A stretch of DNA of 64,000 bases, from positions 1-64,000 of IMG/VR virus record IMGVR_UViG_3300027974_001900; one strand, 5' to 3'. Positions 1-8,215 of this stretch are shown here, in pieces. Source of the DNA: a virus. The position numbers and the translations under genes are program-made. The notes below the pieces were generated by a model that saw only the letters and a list, made by a program, of their open reading frames with translations, was not told the origin of the DNA and did no database searches. Each line of letters starts with the position of its first letter. The stretch's first letter is position 1.

Positions 1-1002
1 CTCCATTTCAAAATCATAAGGCGTATAAGTAAAGACAACTTTGATATTTTCTTTGTTTAATTCTGTTTTAATCCAGTTTGTAAATTTAAGCTCTGATTCA
101 AAGTTTATTAGCTGATCATTATATCTAACCGCCCAAGCACCTAATTTTGTTAAGATATCTACCTTATTCATAATAATAGAAGTAACTCCGTTCATTCTTG
201 CCGATCTTAACACAAGGCTCCAATCAAGCCAATTGACCTTTCTTTTTCTGTAGATAGTTACACCATATTCTTGTCCTTCTTCTACTATTCTTTCGAAGAT
301 TTCACCTTTTGGCTGAAAGTCTTTTTTACCATCATAAGTATCATAAGCCTTAATGACACCGTAAACATTTCGTAATTGTTTATAGTTAAATCCATTGAGA
401 AGAACAGAACCAACACTACAATGGCTTGATGTTACATAAGGATAGTCTCCCCAATCAATATCAAGGCCAAAAGCTTGTGCTCCCTCTGCTAATACAGCAA
501 AAGAACTATTATTTTGACTATAGAACTCCTCGTACATATCAATCAGATACGGTTTTAAAGCTTCTACACTTTCTGCGCGAATACCAATTCTTGAATATTT
601 ATCTTTATAACAAGGACCGTTACCTGTTTTTGTTGTACCAATATCCGTGTCTTTACCGTCTTCTTCTATGTGAGACGACTGAACTATGTGAGCATTTTTT
701 GCAACATAAACAAGACCTTCCGTATCAATTCCGTTTTCTTTTAGATAGGAAAGTTCTTTAAAGAAGTTATTTATATCTACAACACAACCTGGTCCTACAA
801 TTGACTTAACTCCAAAGAAAACGCCAGAAGGGATAAGATGTGTAGCCATCTTTTTACCTTCATGGTAAATCGTATGACCCGCATTTCCTCCACCATTAAA
901 TCTAATAACGTGAGTATATAATCCGTTTTTTAATAAACTATGACAAATTTTTCCTTTACCTTCATCTCCATAAGATAAACCCAAAACAACATCTAACTTC
1001 AT
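1..1002 (-). CDS. purA: Adenylosuccinate synthetase (PurA) family protein, short type, with altered aspartate-binding loop; 3' end runs off the window
   Basis: Not in the ORF track because there is no stop in the window. Hand translation from ATG 1002 (SD GGAG): MKLDVVLGLSYGDEGKGK...FNGGGNAGHT...HLIPSG...IGTTKTGNGP...EGAQA...YPYVTSS...KAYDTYDG...EYGVTIYRKRKVNWLD...NGVTSIIMNKVD. Confidence 0.93.
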   Translation of the reverse strand, partial: MKLDVVLGLSYGDEGKGKICHSLLKNGLYTHVIRFNGGGNAGHTIYHEGKKMATHLIPSGVFFGVKSIVGPGCVVDINNFFKELSYLKENGIDTEGLVYVAKNAHIVQSSHIEEDGKDTDIGTTKTGNGPCYKDKYSRIGIRAESVEALKPYLIDMYEEFYSQNNSSFAVLAEGAQAFGLDIDWGDYPYVTSSHCSVGSVLLNGFNYKQLRNVYGVIKAYDTYDGKKDFQPKGEIFERIVEEGQEYGVTIYRKRKVNWLDWSLVLRSARMNGVTSIIMNKVDILTKLGAWAVRYNDQLINFESELKFTNWIKTELNKENIKVVFTYTPYDFEME

Positions 1003-1011
1003 GCTTCTCCT

Positions 1012-1977
1012 TTAAATAAATTCTTTCTTTGCCACTAAAGCGAACTTTGGTAATTTATCACAACCAGCATAAGAAAGTCCACTCTTAATACCGCGAAGAA
1101 TTACGTCTACTGTTTCTGAAAGTGATTGTTCTTTCAGAGGAACAAGGATCTCTTTTCCCTCTGAAACAGAAACCCATCCTCTCCAATCTTTTTGAGCACT
1201 AGCTGATGCCATTCCTCTAAACTTTTTATAATGCGCATTATTGTGATTAATGATTTCACCTGGTGATTCTTTGTGACCTGAAAGCATAGAGCCTAACATA
1301 ACCATGTCAGCTCCACAGGCTAGAGCCTTAACAATATCTCCACTATCTCTGAACCCTCCGTCAGCAACCAAAATTGCATCTCTATCAGTTTTAGCACAAC
1401 GAATTACAGATTCTAATGTTGGCAGACCAAACCCTGTTTTATTTCTTGTTTCACACACGGTTCCACCAGAAACACCAACACGAATCAAATCTGCACCAGC
1501 ATCTGCCAAAAAATTAAAACCATTTAGGTCGGCAACATTACCAGCCATAATCAGTAAATTTTTGTCTTTGCGTTTTAGTAGTTTTATTGTTTCAGCTACA
1601 TTTAGATGAAATCCGTGTGCAACATCAATACAAAACAACCTACATCCAGCTTCGTATAACGCTTCAAATCTATCATAGTAATCCCCTGCTGCACCAACTG
1701 CACAAAAGATTCCAGTTTTATCTTGTACTTTTAGATACTCTCTTACTTGATCATTTATTGACATGTATCTGTGAAGAACTGCAGAGCTGCCAGATTGTCT
1801 CATAATATCAGCAACCTCTGCAGAAACAACAGTATCCATACAAGATGCTATAATAGGGGTTTTAATAGCAGCTTTTTCCAAGACTCTTGGAGTTAAGTCA
1901 ATAGAATGTCTTGTATTGATTTCACTATAACCAGGGACTAAATAAAGGTCATCAAAATTAACTACTTTTTTTTTCAT
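1012..1977 (-). CDS. IMP dehydrogenase / GMP reductase family, no CBS domains; GMP-reductase-like
   Basis: FDDLYLVP, PIIASCMDTV, IDVAHG, AGNVA, catalytic loop GVSGGTVCETR, ADGG, GADMVMLGSMLSG, RGMAS..SEG; short flap without the IMPDH Arg-Tyr dyad. Confidence 0.9.
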   Translation of the reverse strand: MKKKVVNFDDLYLVPGYSEINTRHSIDLTPRVLEKAAIKTPIIASCMDTVVSAEVADIMRQSGSSAVLHRYMSINDQVREYLKVQDKTGIFCAVGAAGDYYDRFEALYEAGCRLFCIDVAHGFHLNVAETIKLLKRKDKNLLIMAGNVADLNGFNFLADAGADLIRVGVSGGTVCETRNKTGFGLPTLESVIRCAKTDRDAILVADGGFRDSGDIVKALACGADMVMLGSMLSGHKESPGEIINHNNAHYKKFRGMASASAQKDWRGWVSVSEGKEILVPLKEQSLSETVDVILRGIKSGLSYAGCDKLPKFALVAKKEFI

Positions 1978-2237
1978 TATTCCTCGTGAATTTGGCCGAT
2001 TACTGCCGTTGATGGACAGATTTTAAACTTGTTCTTCTTGTATTCAAACTCTTGAATCATTGTAGAAATGACGATTACAGTATCGCCACTTACATATGTC
2101 TTTGTCTTCGGATCACTTGCAAGAACTTTTACAGCGGTTAAATCTCCACTTGTTTTTGCCCAAGCAAAGTTGCCATTAACTTCTTCTTCTTGCAATGTTT
2201 TAATATAAATGTATCCTTCTGCTGGTGTAAACTCCAT
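1977..2237 (-). CDS. GroES-like co-chaperonin
   Basis: 86 aa; FTPAEGYIYIK resembles the GroES N-terminal strand; GDTVIV and terminal AVIGQI match the GroES pattern. Confidence 0.6.
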   Translation of the reverse strand: MEFTPAEGYIYIKTLQEEEVNGNFAWAKTSGDLTAVKVLASDPKTKTYVSGDTVIVISTMIQEFEYKKNKFKICPSTAVIGQIHEE

Positions 2238-2479
2238 TAGTCCTCCTCTGACGGCATCATGTCAAACATTTCATTTAGTGAATCAATATCTGTCTTATCT
2301 TTACGAAGACGATAGGCTTTAAGTGCAGTCTTAATCTCTTCCTTGGTAAGCCACTTATTCTCCAAGTAAGATTTACGCAATTCTGCTTTCTGCTCTTTGT
2401 ACGGCTTCATTGCATCATCAAGTGCAGCGACAGACATAACATAATCAACAATCCGTTCTTCTTTTGATTTCTCGCTCAT
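2237..2479 (-). CDS. Small helical protein, T4 DsbA / DUF2312-like dsDNA-binding protein
   Basis: Start moved to ATG 2479 (MSEKSKEE; SD GAGG; downstream of promoter); coiled-coil followed by IKTALKAYRLRK. Confidence 0.5.
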   Translation of the reverse strand: MSEKSKEERIVDYVMSVAALDDAMKPYKEQKAELRKSYLENKWLTKEEIKTALKAYRLRKDKTDIDSLNEMFDMMPSEED

Positions 2480-2507
2480 TTTTTCCTCTCTGCCCCGTAA
2501 ATAAGAA

Positions 2508-2535
2508 GGGCTACAACGTTGAGACATTGTAGCCC
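2508..2535 (-). terminator. Hairpin overlapping a promoter; probable terminator of the 2561-2791 gene
   Basis: gggctacaa/ttgtagccc 9-bp stem followed on the minus strand by TTCTTATTT. Confidence 0.55.
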
Positions 2536-2554
2536 GGTAGGTTTAACTTGTCAA
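2526..2554 (-). promoter_or_regulatory. sigma70-type promoter
   Basis: TTGACA-17 nt-TACAAT on the minus strand. Confidence 0.8.
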
Positions 2555-2560
2555 CCTGGT

Positions 2561-2791
2561 TTATTGACTGTCGTTAAGATGAAATACTTTTTTTTCTAAT
2601 CTATCAATTCTTTTTTCTAGTTTATCAACTTCTTCAAACTTAGTAAGGAGCCTTTCAAGGATAACCTTTATAGATGAAATTTCTGTCTGCAGATTAACCT
2701 TGATAGATGAAATATCTGAATGTAGCTTCCAACTTGTTCCGACGAGGGTTATTAGGAATGCCGCTACGGCTACAATATCGCTAATACTCAT
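2561..2791 (-). CDS. Single-TM plus coiled-coil small protein, possibly holin-like
   Basis: N-terminal hydrophobic helix IVAVAAFLITLVG, then heptad coiled-coil; own late motif at 2816. Confidence 0.5.
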   Translation of the reverse strand: MSISDIVAVAAFLITLVGTSWKLHSDISSIKVNLQTEISSIKVILERLLTKFEEVDKLEKRIDRLEKKVFHLNDSQ

Positions 2792-2815
2792 TTATAGACT
2801 CCTTCCTTTACACAA

Positions 2816-2823
2816 TAAATAGT
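2816..2823 (-). promoter_or_regulatory. Putative late promoter ACTATTTA
   Basis: Recurrent motif, 25 nt upstream of ATG 2791. Confidence 0.7.
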
Positions 2824-4679
2824 TATTTAATTTCGCAAGCGCCACCAGCACAAGCTAATTCTGCTTGCAGGTTGGTTTCATCATCTGTCTCAAAAATCTG
2901 AGATAAATCAACGTTTTTGAGTGATTCAAATAATCTATCAAAGGTTTCTTTATCACAATCTTCAAATGGAGCTTGCTTATAACTACCACCATCGTAAGGA
3001 AGAACACTTAGACCTGTATAAGAATCTCTATTCTCCCACATCCATTCACCAACTTCTTGCCACTCTTCTTGACGAACTGAAACCGTTGCAGAAACATTGT
3101 GAGTATTTTGACCTTTAATGTGTCCTGGTTTTACCCAGCGACCATGAATGTCCTTAACTCTTTCAAGCATTTCTAGGGCTGTTTCCGTTCGCATGGTGGC
3201 ACCTTCTGGAGCCTTCTGTGGCACAGAGATTACTGCTGTGTCATGTGGACGGAAGTATTCATCTTCAACAAGTTCAGGATGATTTTGGACAAGATATTTG
3301 TAGATTGCTTCATTCTTACCAACACGAATTCTACGAATGTAATAATCGTTATGCCAAGCATGAACACCACTAGAGGTTCCAAGGATTAAGCTTGTTGTGC
3401 CTGATGGCTTAACTGTTGTAACTCTTGCAGCCGGATTAACTCCAATTAGATTGGCAACTCTCTTATTCTCTTCAACGGCAACCTTTGCTGCTTTTTCCAT
3501 GTCTAGCTTCTGAACTTTGTTAGAAGCAATACCTGTCATTCCGATGCCTAATAGAGCTTCTTTCTCTGTTGTACGACGCCATACATCACGAAGATAATGG
3601 AAGTCAGTGTAAGATGCTTGTAGAGTACCTACAAACGCTGCTGCCTTAACTCTTGCCTCATAATCCTCTTGATCCTCTAGGTCGCTTACGTTGACCTCAC
3701 ATAAATTACAGAACTGATTACTGCGCAAAGCAATTTCTGCGCATGGATTAGTTCCCCATTCCTTATCATTAGTAAAGAAAATTCCTGGTTCACCTGCACC
3801 AGAGGACTTAATCCTCTCCCATAGATCTAAGAAGTATTCTTTCGTAACTCTATGGCGTAAAATCACAGCAGAGTTATTCGCTCTACCGCGTTGAGGTTGT
3901 GATTCCCACCAAGCACCTGACTTGGCTGAAATCATTTCATCGTCATCTGCGCTAAACAGAGCGATAAGAGCAGAACGTCTAATTCCACCTGCCAATACGG
4001 CATCTGCGATATGGCAGATAATGTCGTGAACTTCAATCGGCTGTAGTTTATCTCCATCTTCTTTAGCCTCCAGAATACCTTCTACTTTAATTAAACATTC
4101 TTTAAGAGGTTGCGGACCAGGAGCTTTACCACCGGCAGTTACAAGGCGAGCACCCTTTGGACGAATATCGCTGAAGTCAAAGATTACTTTCGATCCACCT
4201 TCAAAGTAAGACCTCATTAATGCTTTGATTGAATCTGCCCATCCTTCAATGCTATCGCCTACTAAGAAACGACGAGTTCTCTTGGAGTTTGGCTTGCGAA
4301 GCTCTGGTAGTTTCTCAACGTGATGCTTTTGAACTGAATAGCCAACGCCTGTTCCGCCAAGAAGGAGGAACATGATTTCATTAAATGCTCTTACGTCATC
4401 AACTGCTACGAATGAGCAGTTAAAGATTCTTGTTGGATTAACATCAATTGCTCTACCACCAAATTGCATTGATCTCATTGAGGGGAGAACTTTGCGATCA
4501 AATACAAACTGATATGCTGCTCTAATTTCTTGTTCTAATTGCGGATGCTTTTTAATATGCATCTCCATATTTCTTTTAACTGTATCTTCGTATTGTTCTC
4601 TTCTAAACTCATCTTTCATAAAGCGAGCATATTTCATGTGATGAGTAATATCGCTTAGAATTTTTTGTGAAACATCCAT
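2823..4679 (-). CDS. nrdJ: Class II (B12-dependent) ribonucleotide reductase
   Basis: RIFNCSF, GGIRRSA, TNPCAEI, NQFCNL, TTVKPSGT, C-terminal CAGGAC. Confidence 0.93.
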   Translation of the reverse strand: MDVSQKILSDITHHMKYARFMKDEFRREQYEDTVKRNMEMHIKKHPQLEQEIRAAYQFVFDRKVLPSMRSMQFGGRAIDVNPTRIFNCSFVAVDDVRAFNEIMFLLLGGTGVGYSVQKHHVEKLPELRKPNSKRTRRFLVGDSIEGWADSIKALMRSYFEGGSKVIFDFSDIRPKGARLVTAGGKAPGPQPLKECLIKVEGILEAKEDGDKLQPIEVHDIICHIADAVLAGGIRRSALIALFSADDDEMISAKSGAWWESQPQRGRANNSAVILRHRVTKEYFLDLWERIKSSGAGEPGIFFTNDKEWGTNPCAEIALRSNQFCNLCEVNVSDLEDQEDYEARVKAAAFVGTLQASYTDFHYLRDVWRRTTEKEALLGIGMTGIASNKVQKLDMEKAAKVAVEENKRVANLIGVNPAARVTTVKPSGTTSLILGTSSGVHAWHNDYYIRRIRVGKNEAIYKYLVQNHPELVEDEYFRPHDTAVISVPQKAPEGATMRTETALEMLERVKDIHGRWVKPGHIKGQNTHNVSATVSVRQEEWQEVGEWMWENRDSYTGLSVLPYDGGSYKQAPFEDCDKETFDRLFESLKNVDLSQIFETDDETNLQAELACAGGACEIK

Positions 4680-4707
4680 TAAGACCTCTATTGTGTAGTG
4701 TCGGGTA

Positions 4708-4736
4708 AGTATAACAGGTTGTCAGTTGTTTGTAAA
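4708..4736 (-). promoter_or_regulatory. sigma70-type promoter for nrdJ
   Basis: TTTACA-17 nt-TATACT. Confidence 0.75.
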
Positions 4737-4740
4737 GTGT

Positions 4741-5505
4741 CTAGATATTTCTCAATAACTTTTTAACTTCTCTTGCTATTGATTCTTCTAGTCCACCAAG
4801 TTTAGGGTTAGGGGCTTCTTCTTCTTTTTTCTTGCCTAAATCCTTTACATCCTCAGCTTTTCTTACACCAAAACTTTTTGTTCCTACCGTTGGCTTTTGT
4901 ACCGGAGCTGTAACTCCTGTGCTGCTTGGTTTTGCTGTTGGCTCTGCAGGTTGTGCTGATTGACGAGCCTGATCTCTAGCGTTTGCAGCAGCAAGTGCTT
5001 TTGCTGCGGGATCTGCTGCCATGCCTGCACGATACTTGGCTACAAGTTTTTGCATATCTTGCTTATTACCAGCATTTAATGCCGCAACCATTGTATTGAT
5101 ATCTGTTAGTGGCATTTTCTTAATATCATTAAGATTCAATGCGCCAGATCCAGATGCTCCTAAATAAGCATTAATAGCAGCCGTAGTTTTTGGACCAAAT
5201 ATTCCAATTACATCTTTTTTATCTAAAAAACCAACTTGAGCTAATTTAGATTGTAATTTTAATACGGCAGCTTTTCTTTGTTCCGGTGTCTCAGAAGCTT
5301 GATTTATTATGTTTGCAAGACCGCCAAGATTTTTTCCAGCCGCTATGTCAGCTACTGTATCTGTTGCTGGCTTTGCTCTACCGCCAATATTTAGCGGTCC
5401 ACCAAGACTTTGTACATTACCTCTAGTATCGGCAACTGCGGCTTGCTCTTTTAATACTTTTTGTAATTCTTCTAAAATAATTTTTCTTAAAAACTCTGTG
5501 CCCAT
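4741..5505 (-). CDS. Late protein with peptidoglycan-binding-like domain and putative capsid-targeting leader
   Basis: VLKLQSKLAQVGFL...GIFGPKTTAAI is the PG_binding_1 pattern; N-terminus LRKIILEELQKVLKEQ. Confidence 0.6.
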   Translation of the reverse strand: MGTEFLRKIILEELQKVLKEQAAVADTRGNVQSLGGPLNIGGRAKPATDTVADIAAGKNLGGLANIINQASETPEQRKAAVLKLQSKLAQVGFLDKKDVIGIFGPKTTAAINAYLGASGSGALNLNDIKKMPLTDINTMVAALNAGNKQDMQKLVAKYRAGMAADPAAKALAAANARDQARQSAQPAEPTAKPSSTGVTAPVQKPTVGTKSFGVRKAEDVKDLGKKKEEEAPNPKLGGLEESIAREVKKLLRNI

Positions 5506-5527
5506 TTGAATCTCCTCAATGTACTAA

Positions 5528-5535
5528 TAAATAGT
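5528..5535 (-). promoter_or_regulatory. Putative late promoter ACTATTTA
   Basis: 23 nt upstream of ATG 5505. Confidence 0.7.
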
Positions 5536-5541
5536 CATTAA

Positions 5542-6906
5542 TTACTTTGGAGTCCTAAACTTCTCAAAAATTTCTTGCTTCTTATTTCTTGGCTTCTTAC
5601 TTTTTGTTTCTGTCACTTCCTCTTCCTTTATATCTTCTAGAACTTCCATCTTTACGACAGATGTATCCATGTAAAGTGGCATTACAATTCCGTCTGGGCC
5701 ATTACGATTCTTAGCAATAAAGATACGACCTGAATTGGTTTTCTTATCATCTACAGTTCTTGAAACTGAGAAAATAAAGTCAGCTACGAAACACTTATTG
5801 AATGCTTCTGAGATTGATTCCATCGTAACAACTTCAGCATTTAAGCCAGAGCGATTAGTCTGAGAAGCAGTCCACACAGGACAAATAAATTCCATTGCAA
5901 TTGCACGCAGCTCTTCGTAGATAGTTTCCAGCTCTGTTCTCTTTTCTTTGTAACGTACAGTTGGATTAAGCAAGTCGCCATAGTCAACAATAATCATATC
6001 TACCTTTTGACCAGATGATACAACTCTCTTTAAGTGATTCTTGATTACAGAAGTACTTGCTGATTTTGTTGGGTATTCTTTGATGATTAGCTTACCCTTG
6101 ACATTCTTAACTTCATCAAGAATATACTCTTTCTGATCCATAAGACCAGTTAGAGGAACACCAGTTAAACACGAGTCATAACGACTTGCGACAACTGTAT
6201 CGGAGAGTTCAAGAGTATAATGAACGACTTGCAAGCCAGCCTTAACTGCCATAGCTCCAAGATGAACCAAGGCCATAGACTTGCCAGCACCAGTTGGAGC
6301 AATAACAACACCAAGCTCTCCTCTTCCGAGTCCACCTTGTGTAATACCATCAACACGATTCCAGCCAGTAGAGACAGGGTTGCGTTCTTTAAGCATAAAT
6401 CTTTTTTCGAAATCGAGCTTATAGTCATAACCATAATTATTATCAGTTCCGAGTTTAAGCGCAGAAGTTACAATAACGCCAATCTCATCAAGAGTATTCG
6501 ACTTGTTCATAAGTCCAGCACTCTTGACAAGGGCTTCTTTGATTTTTTGACGACGACAGAAATCAAGAGAAGTATCCTTGATATAATCTTCGTCGTCAAT
6601 TTCTGGTGATGCTGTGATTCTCGCAAAGTAATCTCTTACTTGCTTGTTTAATGCATCGTTGTCGTCTTCCAACTCTGTCCGCAAGATTGTGGACATGATG
6701 TTGGCTGACGGATACATGTCATACTTATCTCTGTAATCAAATAGCTTCTTGCAGAAGCTTTGCAAATATTTTAACTCAAAGAAGTTTAAATCAAGAACTT
6801 CTCTTAATTGATCAGCAAACTGCCGATCTGAAAACATCAATTGTGCGAGTTTCTCTTGGAAAGATTTACCAAACTTTGAGAAGTCTAATTGATTATTGTT
6901 GCTCAT
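5542..6906 (-). CDS. Replicative DNA helicase (DnaB / T4 gp41-like)
   Basis: Walker A APTGAGKS, TLEL, IIVDYGDL, WTASQTNR, KNRNG. Confidence 0.93.
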   Translation of the reverse strand: MSNNNQLDFSKFGKSFQEKLAQLMFSDRQFADQLREVLDLNFFELKYLQSFCKKLFDYRDKYDMYPSANIMSTILRTELEDDNDALNKQVRDYFARITASPEIDDEDYIKDTSLDFCRRQKIKEALVKSAGLMNKSNTLDEIGVIVTSALKLGTDNNYGYDYKLDFEKRFMLKERNPVSTGWNRVDGITQGGLGRGELGVVIAPTGAGKSMALVHLGAMAVKAGLQVVHYTLELSDTVVASRYDSCLTGVPLTGLMDQKEYILDEVKNVKGKLIIKEYPTKSASTSVIKNHLKRVVSSGQKVDMIIVDYGDLLNPTVRYKEKRTELETIYEELRAIAMEFICPVWTASQTNRSGLNAEVVTMESISEAFNKCFVADFIFSVSRTVDDKKTNSGRIFIAKNRNGPDGIVMPLYMDTSVVKMEVLEDIKEEEVTETKSKKPRNKKQEIFEKFRTPK

Positions 6907-7864
6907 TCTTTACCTTCGATGTTATTGAAATCATATTTAGATCTGCGAATAATTCTGTCCAAGAGAAATTACCAGTTCCATCCTGCATCATCATCATACG
7001 AATGTTTGTTTTGTTGAACCCAACAGGATACTCATCAATGATGCCGCGAATTTTCTCTCTCACATCAATAGAAAGTGAGGGAGCATAAAGCTGCATCATA
7101 TCATAATTGTCTTTAATAAGTTTCTCTGATTCCAAAATTGATTCGTGAATCTTTAATGGCTTGGACTCATTCTTGCACGCATCGAAGATTTCTGTCAACA
7201 TCACAGATTTTTCTTCTTTAAGCTGAGGGAACTTCTTTGCCATTGTTTTTAGTCCAACACCCTTAGCACCAGGTAGGTTGTCAGAAGAATCACCAACGAC
7301 GGCTCTTGCAAGGGCAAAGTTTGTGGGGTGAATATCAAACTCATTTACTACTTTCTCCACGTCATAATATTCTTCTTTACAAGGACGATATAGCAGCGTT
7401 GTTGGATCAAGAAGCTGCAAAAAGTCCTTGTCGTTAGAGATAATTGTCTTTTTATCTGTTGGCAGTTCTCTGCACAGAACAGAAATAGCGTCATCTGCTT
7501 CGACAAAATCGAGATAGATTTGTGCAACAGGCATCTCGTTTAGATATTCAACCACTCTACCATACTGCCAATACTTATTCTTCTTCTCTTCATCTTCTGT
7601 TAGGTTGCCAAAGTTTCGATTAAGCCTAACTGGCTTGCGACCTTCTTTATAGTTGCTGTTTACTGCTCGTCTACGGATTGCAGATTTAGGACCATCCCAG
7701 CAGAAATAGATCTTATCAGGATTATTCTCCCTAATAAGTTTCTGCATTATTTTAAATGTACCCTTGATGCCTCCAGTCGGTTGTCCATTGGGTCCGAGTG
7801 AAGGGTCCATCATATACGCACGAAAGAACAGGTTTAACCCGTCAATTATTAATACATTACTCAT
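6893..7864 (-). CDS. 5'-3' exonuclease / T4 RNase H-like flap nuclease
   Basis: Likely start ATG 7864 (MSNVLIIDGLN); WDG, YKEGR, EADD, SNDKDFLQL, GDSSDNLPG. Confidence 0.92.
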   Translation of the reverse strand: MSNVLIIDGLNLFFRAYMMDPSLGPNGQPTGGIKGTFKIMQKLIRENNPDKIYFCWDGPKSAIRRRAVNSNYKEGRKPVRLNRNFGNLTEDEEKKNKYWQYGRVVEYLNEMPVAQIYLDFVEADDAISVLCRELPTDKKTIISNDKDFLQLLDPTTLLYRPCKEEYYDVEKVVNEFDIHPTNFALARAVVGDSSDNLPGAKGVGLKTMAKKFPQLKEEKSVMLTEIFDACKNESKPLKIHESILESEKLIKDNYDMMQLYAPSLSIDVREKIRGIIDEYPVGFNKTNIRMMMMQDGTGNFSWTELFADLNMISITSKVKNEQQ

Positions 7865-8141
7865 TGTTATCCTTTGGTTGTGACCACAGAAAATCAGGGT
7901 CTTGTTGTTTCTTTTTTTCTTGTTTATCAACAAGATCTTGCATTGCTTTAATGAGGGTTCCCTCAAAATGACTTTGATCCCATTCTGCTAAATGAAATAG
8001 CTGGTTATAATTTTTTATAAATCTCTGATCAACATCAAATACAACATTCGCACTACCATCTTCATTATCTTTGATTTCAACAACTTTTATGTTTCCAAGT
8101 TGTTCAAGTTGTTTTTTTGTATTATCAAATTCTTGATTCAT
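7857..8141 (-). CDS. Hypothetical protein
   Basis: 94 aa, SD AGGAG, directly after a sigma70-type promoter. Confidence 0.65.
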   Translation of the reverse strand: MNQEFDNTKKQLEQLGNIKVVEIKDNEDGSANVVFDVDQRFIKNYNQLFHLAEWDQSHFEGTLIKAMQDLVDKQEKKKQQDPDFLWSQPKDNNE

Positions 8142-8156
8142 AATGATCTCCTAATA

Positions 8157-8198
8157 GAAAACCCAAGGTTGAACCAGTGTAGCTCAACCTTGGGTTTC
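8157..8198 (-). terminator. Long hairpin after the 8216-9442 gene, overlapping a promoter
   Basis: aaacccaaggttga/tcaaccttgggttt 14-bp stem. Confidence 0.7.
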
Positions 8199-8205
8199 AT
8201 GTCAA
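8176..8205 (-). promoter_or_regulatory. sigma70-type promoter with -10 box in the hairpin loop
   Basis: TTGACA-18 nt-TACACT. Confidence 0.65.
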
Positions 8206-8215
8206 GGACAATTAA

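Noticed and set aside
1-1002. PurZ / 2-aminoadenine (Z) genome pathway
   Set aside because: The catalytic Asp of GDEGKG and the Thr271 and Arg303 equivalents are retained; no DatZ- or MazZ-like gene is recognisable in the window
2480-2527. Longer ORF-track starts at 2527, and likewise 7966, 35163, 41258 and the internal start 63976
   Set aside because: SD, promoter or motif positions support starts at 2479, 7864, 35142 and 41222; the last gene is open to the window edge
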